A DNA stretch of 46,710 bases, taken from positions 1-46,710 of IMG/VR virus record IMGVR_UViG_3300047277_000078; one strand, given 5' to 3'. Position numbers and translations under genes: made by a program. The notes under the pieces are model-generated. The model was given only the letters and a program-made list of their open reading frames with translations, was not told where the DNA came from and ran no database searches. This stretch comes from a virus. Lineage: Duplodnaviria; Caudoviricetes. Positions within the stretch are counted from its first letter, which is position 1. The number at the start of each line of letters is the position of its first letter. Positions 26,212 to 35,982 of this stretch are shown in pieces.

Positions 26212-27005
26212 CGTACCCTTACCCTACTTACACCAGGAAAAGCACTATTAACTCTACCATCACCATCACGTAAAACTTGTCTACGAGGTAATTTTAAGCC
26301 AGCCCTATCTAATGTACTTGATAACTCAAATTGCAGCATTGTTTTATTCTGAACTACTTTTCTAGTTATAAAATATATTTCAAGCGGGAAATGTGTGAGG
26401 CTATTGGGTTCTGTTCCATTATCAGTAAACTTATAGAATGTCCTACATCTAGTTACTTTCATACCTATTAGATTACCCAAAGACAATACACCAAGCATTA
26501 AGGTTTTACTTAGATTAGATAAACTTATAGTTGGACGAGATAATGCGCTACCATCACCTTTATTATCAATACCCGTAACTTCAAAAGGTAACGGGAGATA
26601 CTGGTGACCTTGCCAAAGAATATTAATAAATTGATTGGTTCCACCAAAACTTGTATTAGTGTAATACATTATGATATTTGACGTTACAGAAATTTCCTTA
26701 CTTACATAAGTTTGTCCTTCAGTGGCACCTGGAAAAGTCTGACTTACGTTTATTGTATAAGTACCTTCTTTACCAGATGTACCTGTTAATTGATTTACTA
26801 TTTTAGCCGGGAGTAAATTAAAACTAGATAAAGACATATCTACTGCCAATGATAATTGAATAGGTACTTTTGTAACAGTTAAGATAACTCCAACTATAGT
26901 TGCTTCTATTAATCCACCACTAATAGAGGAAAAATCAAAAGTAAATAATTCTACGTAGGTATCTGGGTTAAGTTTATTGCCTTCTTGTTCTATAGTTGTT
27001 GACAT
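26208..27005 (-). CDS. L: Minor tail protein L, with an insertion and no Cys-rich C-terminal domain
   Basis: VELF.FD; WQG.QY.PLP; RPT.S.SN; G.KVTR.RT; FELSS.LD...LKLPRRQ. Confidence 0.9.
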   Translation of the reverse strand: MSTTIEQEGNKLNPDTYVELFTFDFSSISGGLIEATIVGVILTVTKVPIQLSLAVDMSLSSFNLLPAKIVNQLTGTSGKEGTYTINVSQTFPGATEGQTYVSKEISVTSNIIMYYTNTSFGGTNQFINILWQGHQYLPLPFEVTGIDNKGDGSALSRPTISLSNLSKTLMLGVLSLGNLIGMKVTRCRTFYKFTDNGTEPNSLTHFPLEIYFITRKVVQNKTMLQFELSSTLDRAGLKLPRRQVLRDGDGRVNSAFPGVSRVRVR

Positions 27006-27026
27006 AATAAATAAAAGTAAAGTAAG

Positions 27027-27395
27027 TTATACACCTAGATCAAAGCATTGAGTAATCTTAACAGTGATTACATACATTGTAAAATTAATCATAGTTTTTT
27101 GTAAACTATCTTTATCTACTCTAAATTTTTTAGAGATAGTTTCTCCGATAGGTACCCAAGAAAACCAAACGTCACAACCAACTAAGGTAAAAAAGGAATT
27201 AAGTGTTGTAAGTGCTGTGCCAGACAAGGGGATAAAAGTTAAATCCCATTTATCTGTATTAGAATTAATACCATCTTTAACTACTTGAGAATAACCATTA
27301 CCATATTGTGCTACTAATATCCTATTCTGTACTGATTTCTTAGATTGAGCAGATAGTTTACATGTAAATTCTGGTGTTAATACAGGTGCAGTCAT
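27027..27395 (-). CDS. M: Distal tail protein M
   Basis: AQYGNGYSQ...DGIN...W.L.F...F.W.P motif. Confidence 0.9.
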   Translation of the reverse strand: MTAPVLTPEFTCKLSAQSKKSVQNRILVAQYGNGYSQVVKDGINSNTDKWDLTFIPLSGTALTTLNSFFTLVGCDVWFSWVPIGETISKKFRVDKDSLQKTMINFTMYVITVKITQCFDLGV

Positions 27396-27396
27396 A

Positions 27397-30300
27397 TTAG
27401 AAAGTAGCCGATAGTTGTGTTGGATTTAAAGTTCCGCCAGGGCGTTGTGCAGAAACTAATTCAGATTGTACCATACCTTTCATTTGTTCCCTAATAGCTT
27501 TACTTATAGCGGCAGCTTGTTCATCTGATGTAGCCCCTTCTTTATTAGGAACAGTAACATGAATAGCCCCTATAGTTACACCAGAAGATTGTGTTGTATT
27601 TTGTACTTTAGTTTGTTTCATATATGCGTTTAGATCGGCGTTCTGATTAGGTGATAACACTCGCTCACCTTTTTGTAATAAATAAGTTTGTTCTGCTGGT
27701 ACATTAGTTAAACCACCATGTGCTGCTGGCATAGGAGCAGTAGCTAGCATAGCTAATTGTACCGCACCTAATACTATAGCTGTACCAACTAATAATGGAA
27801 CCATAACTACAGCAGCAGGGCCAAAACCAGCACCAACTTCAGCCATTTTCATCGCTAAAGCAGCAGTAGACATAATAATTTCTGCTGTCTTTAACATTTT
27901 ATATATCATAAAGGCTGCTTTAGCTTGTTTACTTTGCGCTCCATACATTTTAGCTGATGCTTGTGTTAGAGACATAAAGGTATCTGCACCCATGCCAGCT
28001 ATGCCAGAATACATACTTAAATTATTAGCGGTAGTCATTCTACTATACTTTTGATCTGAAGCTAATTTAGCCGCATTGGCTGCTTCTTTTTGCTGTACTT
28101 CAGTTCCTCCAGCAGCTTTAGATTTTTCTGTTGCTTGTTGCATAGCTAAATTAGCATCAGGTTCTTTACCTTTAGCTAATGCTGCTGCTTGTGTATCGTA
28201 TGTATTTAAAAAAGAAAGTTGTGGCGTAGATTTAGCAAAAGCTTGTGCTGCCCCTGCTCCAGCCGTTTGTTGAGTATACAAAGTCTTATTAGCTGCTGCT
28301 GCTTTATCTTGTAAATCTTTATTTAAAGGGTTAGCCGCAGCCTCTTTTTCATACCCTGCTACTAATTCTTTTTGCTGCGCTATTTCTTTATCTCTTACAG
28401 CGATTAATCTTTCAGTAGCTTCTGTAGCTGAAATAAGCCCAGAGTTACGATAAATATTAATCTTATTTTCTTCTTCAGCAGTAATTTTAGTTTGTTCTGC
28501 TTGTAACTTATCTAATTCAATTAATTTACCTTTACTTATATTTAATTTTTCTATATCAGCTATTTGTTGTTTAGCTAATCCAGCTTCTACAACATACTTA
28601 CCCTTCATATCAATTATTTTCTGTAGTACAACTAGCCTATCTTTATTATCTTGGTCGTATTTAATTTTATTAGCTTTTTCTTGCATACCTATTCCTTCTA
28701 AATAGGTAGAATTTGCAGCAGAAAAGATAGCTCTAGTTTGTTTATCTAAAGTAGATGATTCACGTTTTAATGTGACTTCTTCCTTATCTAATCCTAAAAG
28801 TTCTTTTTGTAATTGAATTAATCTAGTATCTTCTGAAGCTTGTTGTTTAAGTTCTTCAGTAATAAACTTATTATTATTTAAATCTGTTACCGTATTTTCG
28901 GATAATTCTTTTCTGTTATTTACAGCATTAACATAACCAGACATTTCTGGAGTAAAACTAGCTTTAATTTTACTTATATCTTCAGGCTCATTAGACAATT
29001 TAGAAATATTTAATGATTCATATATCTTAGATACTTTACCTGGGCCTTGATTATAGGCCGCAATAGCAGCATCAGTATATTTAAAAGTTTCTAGTTGTTT
29101 ATTTAGATATAATTTACCTGCTTCTTGTAATTGGTCTGCGGAAGCTTTAGTTATATCAGAAGGCGCACCTGTTACTTGTTTATATACTTCTGAATAAGCA
29201 GGACTTCTGATTTGCATAGAACCAAAAGCACCCAAGCCACCACCACCAGTATTCCTAGCAGCCATATTACCACCACTTTCTACTTGCATAACTTTGTTAG
29301 CTAAGTTAGTAGAGGTAGTTATAGAGTCTTTTTGTGCGGCAATATTATCTATAGCTAGCTTATTTATTTCTGTTTGTGTTTCTAATTGACTTCTATATAC
29401 ATTAGCTTTTTGTGACTCTAGTTTTATTTCTTCTAAAACCGCATTTCTACGAAGATCAATATTTTTTTGTTGCTTAGTTATATATACCTCAGATGTTGTA
29501 GCTTCTTCTGATATACCTTGAGTAATACGTAATTCAGCCGCCTGTTCTTTTAATATATTAATTTTACTGTCAAAGGCAGCTTTCATTATAGCTTCTTCAG
29601 CAGCATACTTAGCTTTAATAGCGGTTAATTCCTTATCTCTAGCAACTTGTGCCTTATTATCTTCGGCCTCTTTAGCAGCAGCAAACTTTTCTCTTACTTC
29701 TTGTAAAAGTCTGCCTTTTCCTTCTTCAATATTTGCTAGGTCTTGTGTAGCTTTCGCGGCTATTGCTATTTGTTGTTCTGCTACTTTACCTGCTTCTTTT
29801 TCTGCCTCTGTAGCTTTTGGGGCTTGTCCTTTAAGTAAATTAGGTTCTGAAAGTCTACCTAACTCTATTAAAGCTTGTGATTTACTTTTTTCAGCTCTGG
29901 TAGCTTCGTTATATTTACTTAAAGCGAGCAATTCTTTGCTATGTAAATCTTTTCTACGTTCTAAATCTCTTTGTTCCATATCTAGGATATGTTTTTCATC
30001 TTCTTCTCGTACCTTTTGTTTGCCTGTATTAATTTCTAAATTTAATTTTGCTTCTGCTGCTACTATAGCGGCATTTAGATTCTCTTGAGCGTATATTTTA
30101 TCTTGGTTTATTATTTTATTTGCTTCTTTCCATTTTCCTATTGAAGGAGTAGTTAAAGATATAATGTCTATCGGAGTCATATTATCAGCAAGTTTTTTTG
30201 CTTCTCTAGCCGCAATAACGGCAGGGTCTTGCTCGATGTCAAAAGCTATTTTTTGCTCAGGAGTCTTAACTTCCACTTTCTTTTTTGCTGCATCATGAAC

Positions 30301-32856
30301 TTTTTCTATTTCCTCTAACGTAGATGTAGCTGAAGTTTTCAGACCAACAAGATATAAAGTAACCGCAGTTAATGTCGTAATAAGTAAAGTTGGTAATGAG
30401 ACAAATGCTTTAGATGCTGCTAAGGCTTCTGTAGCAAAAGTAACGCCATGTATACTAGCAGCAGCACTTATTGCTTCTACTTTTACAGCAATAAAGCCTA
30501 ATGCTAGTTTTCCTAATGAAACTATTGCGGCAGCCATAGCTATATCTACTACTATAGATAAACCTTTACCAAAGTCATTATTACCTTTAACAGCTTCTGT
30601 TAGATAATTTGTAATATTAGTTATACCTTTAGTATACGCTACCAATGGTCCAGAAGTAGATGCGTAAATAGCTTCACCTAAGTATGTAAAACTATTTTTC
30701 ATTCTTCCTAAATTAGCATTTAAACCTTCTGCGGCTAAAGCAAAAGATACTGCGAACTTTTCAGACATATAGTCAGTGAATTTTTCTACGTCTCCTTTTA
30801 CTCCAGCTATGCCGCTCCCAGCAGTAACTAGACTATTTTTCATATCAGAAGAAAGTTTCTCTGTACTTCTTCCAGTAGCCTCGGCAAAACTAGCAAAGGC
30901 TCCAGGTAATAAGTTACCTAATTGCTTAACTAATTCTTCAGATTGTACTTTATTTTTGTTAAATATCTGTGCCATAGCTAAAAATACACCATTAGCTTTA
31001 TCTGCGGTTAAATGTAACCCAGTCATTACAGTATTTAAGTTAGTAAACATGTGCCAAGTAGATTCTATACTTTGCCCAGCTAGACTTGTAGATGCTTGAA
31101 AACTTCTAAAATTCTCTCTTAAAGTACCAATCTCTATGCCTGTACGTGCAGCTTCTTTCTCTAGGGAAGCTAATGCTGCACCTGCTCTACCCCCTTCCCC
31201 TACTGTCGCAGATAGACTAGCTACGGTAGCATCTAATTCTATGCCAACGTGAGGTACAGCTTTAAGTGAACTAATTACTAGATTAATTACTGAATTATAT
31301 GCTTGATATATAGATGTACTAGCTATAATTCTTAAAGCTAAACTTCTATGTGCTTCTGTTGCTTGTCTATGCGATTCTATCATAACATTATTTGCGGCTA
31401 GCTCACGTTCAGCCGTACTTAATGCCGACAATCTAGCTAAGTTAGCTTGCCCTCTATGTTCAATAGTTCCTTCACGTAAAGCATTTTCTAATCTTAATAA
31501 TTCAGCAGTAAGTCTTTGTCTTATAGCTACTTCTTCCTGTGCTGCTTGTATTTCTAAAGTACGAATATGCCTTGCGCCATTTACTCTAATAGAAGACTCT
31601 AAACTTAATCTTTCGTTTAACGCTTGTATATGGGGATCAGATTGGCCTCTAAATGTGCTAGCTGAAGTAGCTTGTCTAGCCTGTGCTGCTTGTTCTGCTT
31701 GTATTAAGGCTCTAGCTAAAGCATCTGCAATAGCTTTACGTTCTGCTGCAATTAGTCTTGCATTTTCCAATAAGGCAGCATCATGTGCAGTATTAAAAGC
31801 ATCTTGTGCGTGCAGACGATCAAACATTTCAGCATATTGAATAACTCTAAGATTATTAGCTGCTTCTATTGTAAAATTTCTTTGTGCTAGATTTTCTCTT
31901 TCTATACGTATAATATTACTGTAATAATCTGCAATAGCTTCTTGTTCTGCTCTAATGATAGCTGCTTGAGAGTTCGTAGCTATATTAGAGGAAAGTCCTG
32001 CATTTGTTATAGCGGAACTACCTACTGCTCTAGTATCTTTAGCTGCTCCTGCTATACCAGAACTAGGCGTAGAAGCTAATGCTGCTTCTATATCAGCTTT
32101 TCTACGAATATAACTCTCTTTTATATTACGTTCTTCTTGTTGTAAGCTAAAGGCAATATTATTAACTTTTTGGATATTAGCTTTTCTGTGTGCTTCTACA
32201 GAATCAGTTAAAACTTGGTCTTCTTTAGCTAGCCTATCTCCTATATTTATATTTTGTACTTGGGTATTATGTTTCCTTTCTATTTCTAAACCAGCTAAAG
32301 ATAACTGTTCTCTAATAGCTAATATTTTATTTGCTCGTTCTTGTTCTGATGCTATTGCTATTTGTTTAGCTCTTTCAGCTTCTTGTTGTGTTTGTGTTAG
32401 TATAGAAGAAGATAGCCCAGTGTTCATTACTTCAGATGTACCTGGTCTAGCTAAGTTAGCTGGACTAAACGTAGCTGCTCCACTAGCGAAAGCAGCACTA
32501 ACTTTACTATTTTCTAGTTCTCTTAATTTAGAAACGGTATCATCAACAGATTTATTATATATCTTTAATGCCGCTATTGTATTATGTATTCCTTGTGTAT
32601 TAGCTAAGTAAGCAGCCGTACCCCCCTGACTTATTAAGTCATTTTGAAGAACAATTTCTTTTGTTAGTTGTAATTTAGCTTTATTTTGTGCTTCTATAAT
32701 ATCAGCATGTTGTTTATCTAAAGCTATCTGAGCAGTAGTTTTCTTATTTATAATATCTATAGCTTTAACTTGTTCATCATATACAAGTGATATTTTACCT
32801 GTTTCGGATGTATCTACTTTTAATTTAATCGTTAGATTCTGATCGTTCGCTGCCAT
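27397..32856 (-). CDS. H: Tape measure protein with an SLT lytic transglycosylase domain
   Basis: AMAQIFNKNKVQSEEL..QLG..LPGA tape-measure domain; QVESGG...GSMQI...AAYNQGPG; C-terminal AHGGL..VP...LLQKGERVL. Confidence 0.95.
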   Translation of the reverse strand: MAANDQNLTIKLKVDTSETGKISLVYDEQVKAIDIINKKTTAQIALDKQHADIIEAQNKAKLQLTKEIVLQNDLISQGGTAAYLANTQGIHNTIAALKIYNKSVDDTVSKLRELENSKVSAAFASGAATFSPANLARPGTSEVMNTGLSSSILTQTQQEAERAKQIAIASEQERANKILAIREQLSLAGLEIERKHNTQVQNINIGDRLAKEDQVLTDSVEAHRKANIQKVNNIAFSLQQEERNIKESYIRRKADIEAALASTPSSGIAGAAKDTRAVGSSAITNAGLSSNIATNSQAAIIRAEQEAIADYYSNIIRIERENLAQRNFTIEAANNLRVIQYAEMFDRLHAQDAFNTAHDAALLENARLIAAERKAIADALARALIQAEQAAQARQATSASTFRGQSDPHIQALNERLSLESSIRVNGARHIRTLEIQAAQEEVAIRQRLTAELLRLENALREGTIEHRGQANLARLSALSTAERELAANNVMIESHRQATEAHRSLALRIIASTSIYQAYNSVINLVISSLKAVPHVGIELDATVASLSATVGEGGRAGAALASLEKEAARTGIEIGTLRENFRSFQASTSLAGQSIESTWHMFTNLNTVMTGLHLTADKANGVFLAMAQIFNKNKVQSEELVKQLGNLLPGAFASFAEATGRSTEKLSSDMKNSLVTAGSGIAGVKGDVEKFTDYMSEKFAVSFALAAEGLNANLGRMKNSFTYLGEAIYASTSGPLVAYTKGITNITNYLTEAVKGNNDFGKGLSIVVDIAMAAAIVSLGKLALGFIAVKVEAISAAASIHGVTFATEALAASKAFVSLPTLLITTLTAVTLYLVGLKTSATSTLEEIEKVHDAAKKKVEVKTPEQKIAFDIEQDPAVIAAREAKKLADNMTPIDIISLTTPSIGKWKEANKIINQDKIYAQENLNAAIVAAEAKLNLEINTGKQKVREEDEKHILDMEQRDLERRKDLHSKELLALSKYNEATRAEKSKSQALIELGRLSEPNLLKGQAPKATEAEKEAGKVAEQQIAIAAKATQDLANIEEGKGRLLQEVREKFAAAKEAEDNKAQVARDKELTAIKAKYAAEEAIMKAAFDSKINILKEQAAELRITQGISEEATTSEVYITKQQKNIDLRRNAVLEEIKLESQKANVYRSQLETQTEINKLAIDNIAAQKDSITTSTNLANKVMQVESGGNMAARNTGGGGLGAFGSMQIRSPAYSEVYKQVTGAPSDITKASADQLQEAGKLYLNKQLETFKYTDAAIAAYNQGPGKVSKIYESLNISKLSNEPEDISKIKASFTPEMSGYVNAVNNRKELSENTVTDLNNNKFITEELKQQASEDTRLIQLQKELLGLDKEEVTLKRESSTLDKQTRAIFSAANSTYLEGIGMQEKANKIKYDQDNKDRLVVLQKIIDMKGKYVVEAGLAKQQIADIEKLNISKGKLIELDKLQAEQTKITAEEENKINIYRNSGLISATEATERLIAVRDKEIAQQKELVAGYEKEAAANPLNKDLQDKAAAANKTLYTQQTAGAGAAQAFAKSTPQLSFLNTYDTQAAALAKGKEPDANLAMQQATEKSKAAGGTEVQQKEAANAAKLASDQKYSRMTTANNLSMYSGIAGMGADTFMSLTQASAKMYGAQSKQAKAAFMIYKMLKTAEIIMSTAALAMKMAEVGAGFGPAAVVMVPLLVGTAIVLGAVQLAMLATAPMPAAHGGLTNVPAEQTYLLQKGERVLSPNQNADLNAYMKQTKVQNTTQSSGVTIGAIHVTVPNKEGATSDEQAAAISKAIREQMKGMVQSELVSAQRPGGTLNPTQLSATF

Positions 32857-33220
32857 TATCTTTATTCTCCAAGATTAAATTAACATAACTAGAATGTATA
32901 TAGCTTATATTGTCTAAAGCTTCACTTACTTTTAACTCTTTTTCTTTTATTAACTCAATAAGAAGTAAACTATCCATTACATAATGTTCATGTAGAAAGT
33001 TTTTAACTATATTAAATATATCGAATGTATCTTTATTAGATTCCCAAAGATATAAGTATTCGTCTATATCTTCATCGAGTGTGAGAGTTTCTTCTGAATC
33101 AAAATTAAGTCCGGGGAAAGCATTAGCTAAGTTAGTTTCTTTCTTTACATTCTTAGCTAAGTCCCATTCATTTTGAGAAGCAATAGATAATCTACCTAAA
33201 GCTTCCCCAGACTCTATTAG
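32825..33220 (-). CDS. T: gpT part of the G-T fusion, reached by -1 frameshift (not in the ORF track)
   Basis: The -1 frame stays open for 131 codons after A-AAA-AAC: LIESGEALG...LYLWESNKDTFDIF...ESND* (DUF1799-like W.xN...F..F). Confidence 0.85.
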   Translation of the reverse strand, partial: LIESGEALGRLSIASQNEWDLAKNVKKETNLANAFPGLNFDSEETLTLDEDIDEYLYLWESNKDTFDIFNIVKNFLHEHYVMDSLLLIELIKEKELKVSEALDNISYIHSSYVNLILENKDNGSERSESND

Positions 33221-33771
33221 TTTTTTACTTCATTATCCCTATAATTGTAGTTAAATACCGTTGCTGGTATAACTGTATGTAGGGAATCTCGAAAGGGAGC
33301 ATACTCAAAGTAAGTATCTAGGAGGACGACTAAACATTCCTCTGAAGTTCCCCAACGAGACTCAACTGGTTTAACTTCTCTACTATCTGCAATAAAAAGG
33401 TCAGTCTTTTTACCGTCAATATCTAATTGTAGGGAGGCATTTTTAATGTGTGTAACCTGCGAAATATAGAAAGCAGCCAGCCTATTTTGGATAAGTTTAG
33501 ATTCATTATCAATCTTATCTGTAAATAGCGCAATTTCAGCGTCTAATTCTTCATCAGATAAAGATAAATCTTCTTTAACTTTTTCTAGTTGTTTATTCCA
33601 GCGAATAATTTTAGTAGTGTCTAAAGCTGTCTGGAATTCTTTTCTAACTTCTTCTAACTCACTAGTACCATAGCATTTGCAGCCAATAGTAATGTTATCT
33701 TTAATACCTTTACCTTGTACTAGAACTTCAGTATAAGGTTTAGCGTTCTTTACGTATAATTTTAATGACAT
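33217..33771 (-). CDS. G: Tail assembly chaperone G
   Basis: Lies between tail tube and tape measure; ends ...VKN* on a slippery heptamer. Confidence 0.85.
   Translation of the reverse strand: MSLKLYVKNAKPYTEVLVQGKGIKDNITIGCKCYGTSELEEVRKEFQTALDTTKIIRWNKQLEKVKEDLSLSDEELDAEIALFTDKIDNESKLIQNRLAAFYISQVTHIKNASLQLDIDGKKTDLFIADSREVKPVESRWGTSEECLVVLLDTYFEYAPFRDSLHTVIPATVFNYNYRDNEVKN
33220..33226 (-). promoter_or_regulatory. -1 ribosomal frameshift site A AAA AAC
   Basis: X XXY YYZ heptamer directly before the G stop codon. Confidence 0.85.
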
Positions 33772-33794
33772 TAGATTTGTCCTCTAAGTTGATA

Positions 33795-33817
33795 GAAAGA
33801 GGGCTATTAACCCTCTA
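33795..33817 (-). terminator. Intrinsic terminator/attenuator after the tail tube gene
   Basis: AGAGGG-TTAATAG-CCCTCT followed by TTCT. Confidence 0.6.
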
Positions 33818-33823
33818 AATTGG

Positions 33824-35053
33824 TTAGTTTAATACAATATATGATTTACCGGTATTTCTAAACTTTACATCACGACCAAATAGATTACCTACTTTACCTT
33901 CTTTAACATCAGCAATTTGCAGTTTATTCCATTTATAAGTAACATATTTTCCTGCGCCAGTACCAAACTTTACTGCTACCGAAAAGAATTTAGAAATATT
34001 AGCATCAGGATCAAATGATAGTCCACCTACTTGATCTTCTAGCATTACTACTGATACGTCTGTTGGTACGGCAGATTTACTAAAACCTTCTTCACAACCA
34101 GTAAGATAACGAGTTAAGTCAAAACCAAAGAAGTTAGTAGCTGCTAGGGAGCTAAAACAGAAAGTTTTTACCAAAGTCTTATTAGTTACAATAATATTGC
34201 CTGTAGCCGTGGCAGTTAAAGCTGTAATGGTATATGTAAAAGTATTTACATCAATAACAGTAACAGAAATACCGGCATCAGCTACACCAGCTAGATTATA
34301 TGTTGCAGCATTAACACCAGTAGCCCCAGATATAGTAACTAGATTTCCTGAAGTTAATCCATGTGCAGGAGCAATAACAGTAGCAGTTGTACCAGAACTA
34401 ATGACAGAAGTAGCTGCAATAGCAGGAGCAATCGTAGCTGATACGATATTTTGTTGTCTGACCGTAGAAGCAATTAAGGATGTTTGTGAACCGAAATTAG
34501 GGGCTAATGTAGGAGAAGCTAAAGGAGCTGATGAATTACCTTTGAAAGCAAACTTTAATTTAGGTACTTCACCAATAGAAGCATTTACATCTACTGAACC
34601 ACGTAAAGCCAGGAATTTATATAGTTTTTGGTTCACAGAATCTTGAATAGATGATTTACGATAATCTACTGATAAGGTAGAATCACTAGCTGTAACATTG
34701 TCATAAATTACCTCACCTGTAGAAGAATTTACTGTAATATGTCCGCCGCAAGCTTGTAACCATTGACTTAAAGGTGCTGCTGACACTGTAATAGAAGGAT
34801 TAAGTACACCCAATACTTGTTGTAAAGTTTCTACAGAAGCTTCTGCAAAAGAATCTTTTTGATATGTATATTCATCACGTGATAGTGAATCACCTAGATA
34901 AGTTACCGCGCCTGTAGTATATGTAACAGAACCCGTCATAGAAGTAGCAGCTAATACGTCAGAGGCAGAAGGTACTACATATTCTCCTACGGTAGTTTCA
35001 ATTTTACCAAAGATAGCTACATTTTTTTCTTGGAATTTTACAATTTCAGTCAT
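33824..35053 (-). CDS. Major tail tube protein with an inserted beta-domain
   Basis: KIETT.G.Y..P...D; WLQACG; RGSV......GE.PKLKF.FKG; position in the tail module. Confidence 0.88.
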   Translation of the reverse strand: MTEIVKFQEKNVAIFGKIETTVGEYVVPSASDVLAATSMTGSVTYTTGAVTYLGDSLSRDEYTYQKDSFAEASVETLQQVLGVLNPSITVSAAPLSQWLQACGGHITVNSSTGEVIYDNVTASDSTLSVDYRKSSIQDSVNQKLYKFLALRGSVDVNASIGEVPKLKFAFKGNSSAPLASPTLAPNFGSQTSLIASTVRQQNIVSATIAPAIAATSVISSGTTATVIAPAHGLTSGNLVTISGATGVNAATYNLAGVADAGISVTVIDVNTFTYTITALTATATGNIIVTNKTLVKTFCFSSLAATNFFGFDLTRYLTGCEEGFSKSAVPTDVSVVMLEDQVGGLSFDPDANISKFFSVAVKFGTGAGKYVTYKWNKLQIADVKEGKVGNLFGRDVKFRNTGKSYIVLN

Positions 35054-35220
35054 TAGATTGTCTCAGGTAGTGTAGTAGAAATAATTTCTTCTGGTACTTT
35101 TACAACTAACGCTGCTTGAGCCATACCACAAGGACTTGTTGGTGATAAAGATGCTGGAGAGGAATCCTGCCCTACATCTACAATTAGCGTACCATCAGAC
35201 ATTAAATAACATCCAGACAT
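35053..35220 (-). CDS. Hypothetical 55-aa protein (not in the ORF track)
   Basis: MSGCYLMSDGTL...LPETI*; its stop overlaps the tail tube ATG (TAATG). Confidence 0.65.
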   Translation of the reverse strand: MSGCYLMSDGTLIVDVGQDSSPASLSPTSPCGMAQAALVVKVPEEIISTTLPETI

Positions 35221-35239
35221 ATATATATACCTTCTATAA

Positions 35240-35668
35240 TTAAAAATTTATATCTAAAGTAGGGAAGCCTATAATCCATCTATCTAACCAAAAACAACTA
35301 TCATTAGATAAACCCATCATACCGCCCCGTTCATAAGTAAAGCTAGAATGAATAGCCTCATTTGGTTTAGGATTCCAACCTATAAGTTGTTTATATACAT
35401 TCATCCATATCATAGGTAAGTCTACTTGTTTACATGCTATTTGTATATCAAAACTTTGTAATAAGTCTTCTCCATGTAGATTATATACGTCATAAGCTAC
35501 CGCGGCTCCTGGATTTTTAGAATCTATTGTTCTATAACCTATATATAAGATAGGTAACTCCCCTGTAAGTTCTGGTTCTTTAGCCCTAGCTGGTACTATA
35601 GTATAATTAGTAGTTTGTTGTAGTCTAGTTATAATAACATTTAAATCAATCATATTTTTGATACCCAA
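35240..35668 (-). CDS. Tail terminator-like protein
   Basis: Position before the tail tube; L.GWNP...F....GG......WLDRW pattern. Confidence 0.7.
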   Translation of the reverse strand: MGIKNMIDLNVIITRLQQTTNYTIVPARAKEPELTGELPILYIGYRTIDSKNPGAAVAYDVYNLHGEDLLQSFDIQIACKQVDLPMIWMNVYKQLIGWNPKPNEAIHSSFTYERGGMMGLSNDSCFWLDRWIIGFPTLDINF

Positions 35669-35982
35669 TCTACTGCAAAACGACTATACCCGGATAGATC
35701 ATCTACAGGTATTCCGTCTAAATTAAATGTATGTGTATAAGTGCCATCAAATAGCGTAAAAGATTGATCTAAATTTATATTATACTTTTTAACATCAGAT
35801 GTTTGTACTGTAAAATAAAATGTCTGCACTTCGACTTCATATATCGTACCAGCTTCTTTATATAATGAATTTATTATAAATTCGGGTATAGCTTTAATAG
35901 TATAACTAGGTGAAATACCTATTATAGGAAAAGTTATATCTTCACCTATAAGCTCAAAAGTTTTAGCTATGTCTTCCTTCAT
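35650..35982 (-). CDS. Head closure / joining protein (gpFII-like)
   Basis: Size, position and beta-rich pattern ending ..DDLSG... Confidence 0.6.
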   Translation of the reverse strand: MKEDIAKTFELIGEDITFPIIGISPSYTIKAIPEFIINSLYKEAGTIYEVEVQTFYFTVQTSDVKKYNINLDQSFTLFDGTYTHTFNLDGIPVDDLSGYSRFAVDWVSKI

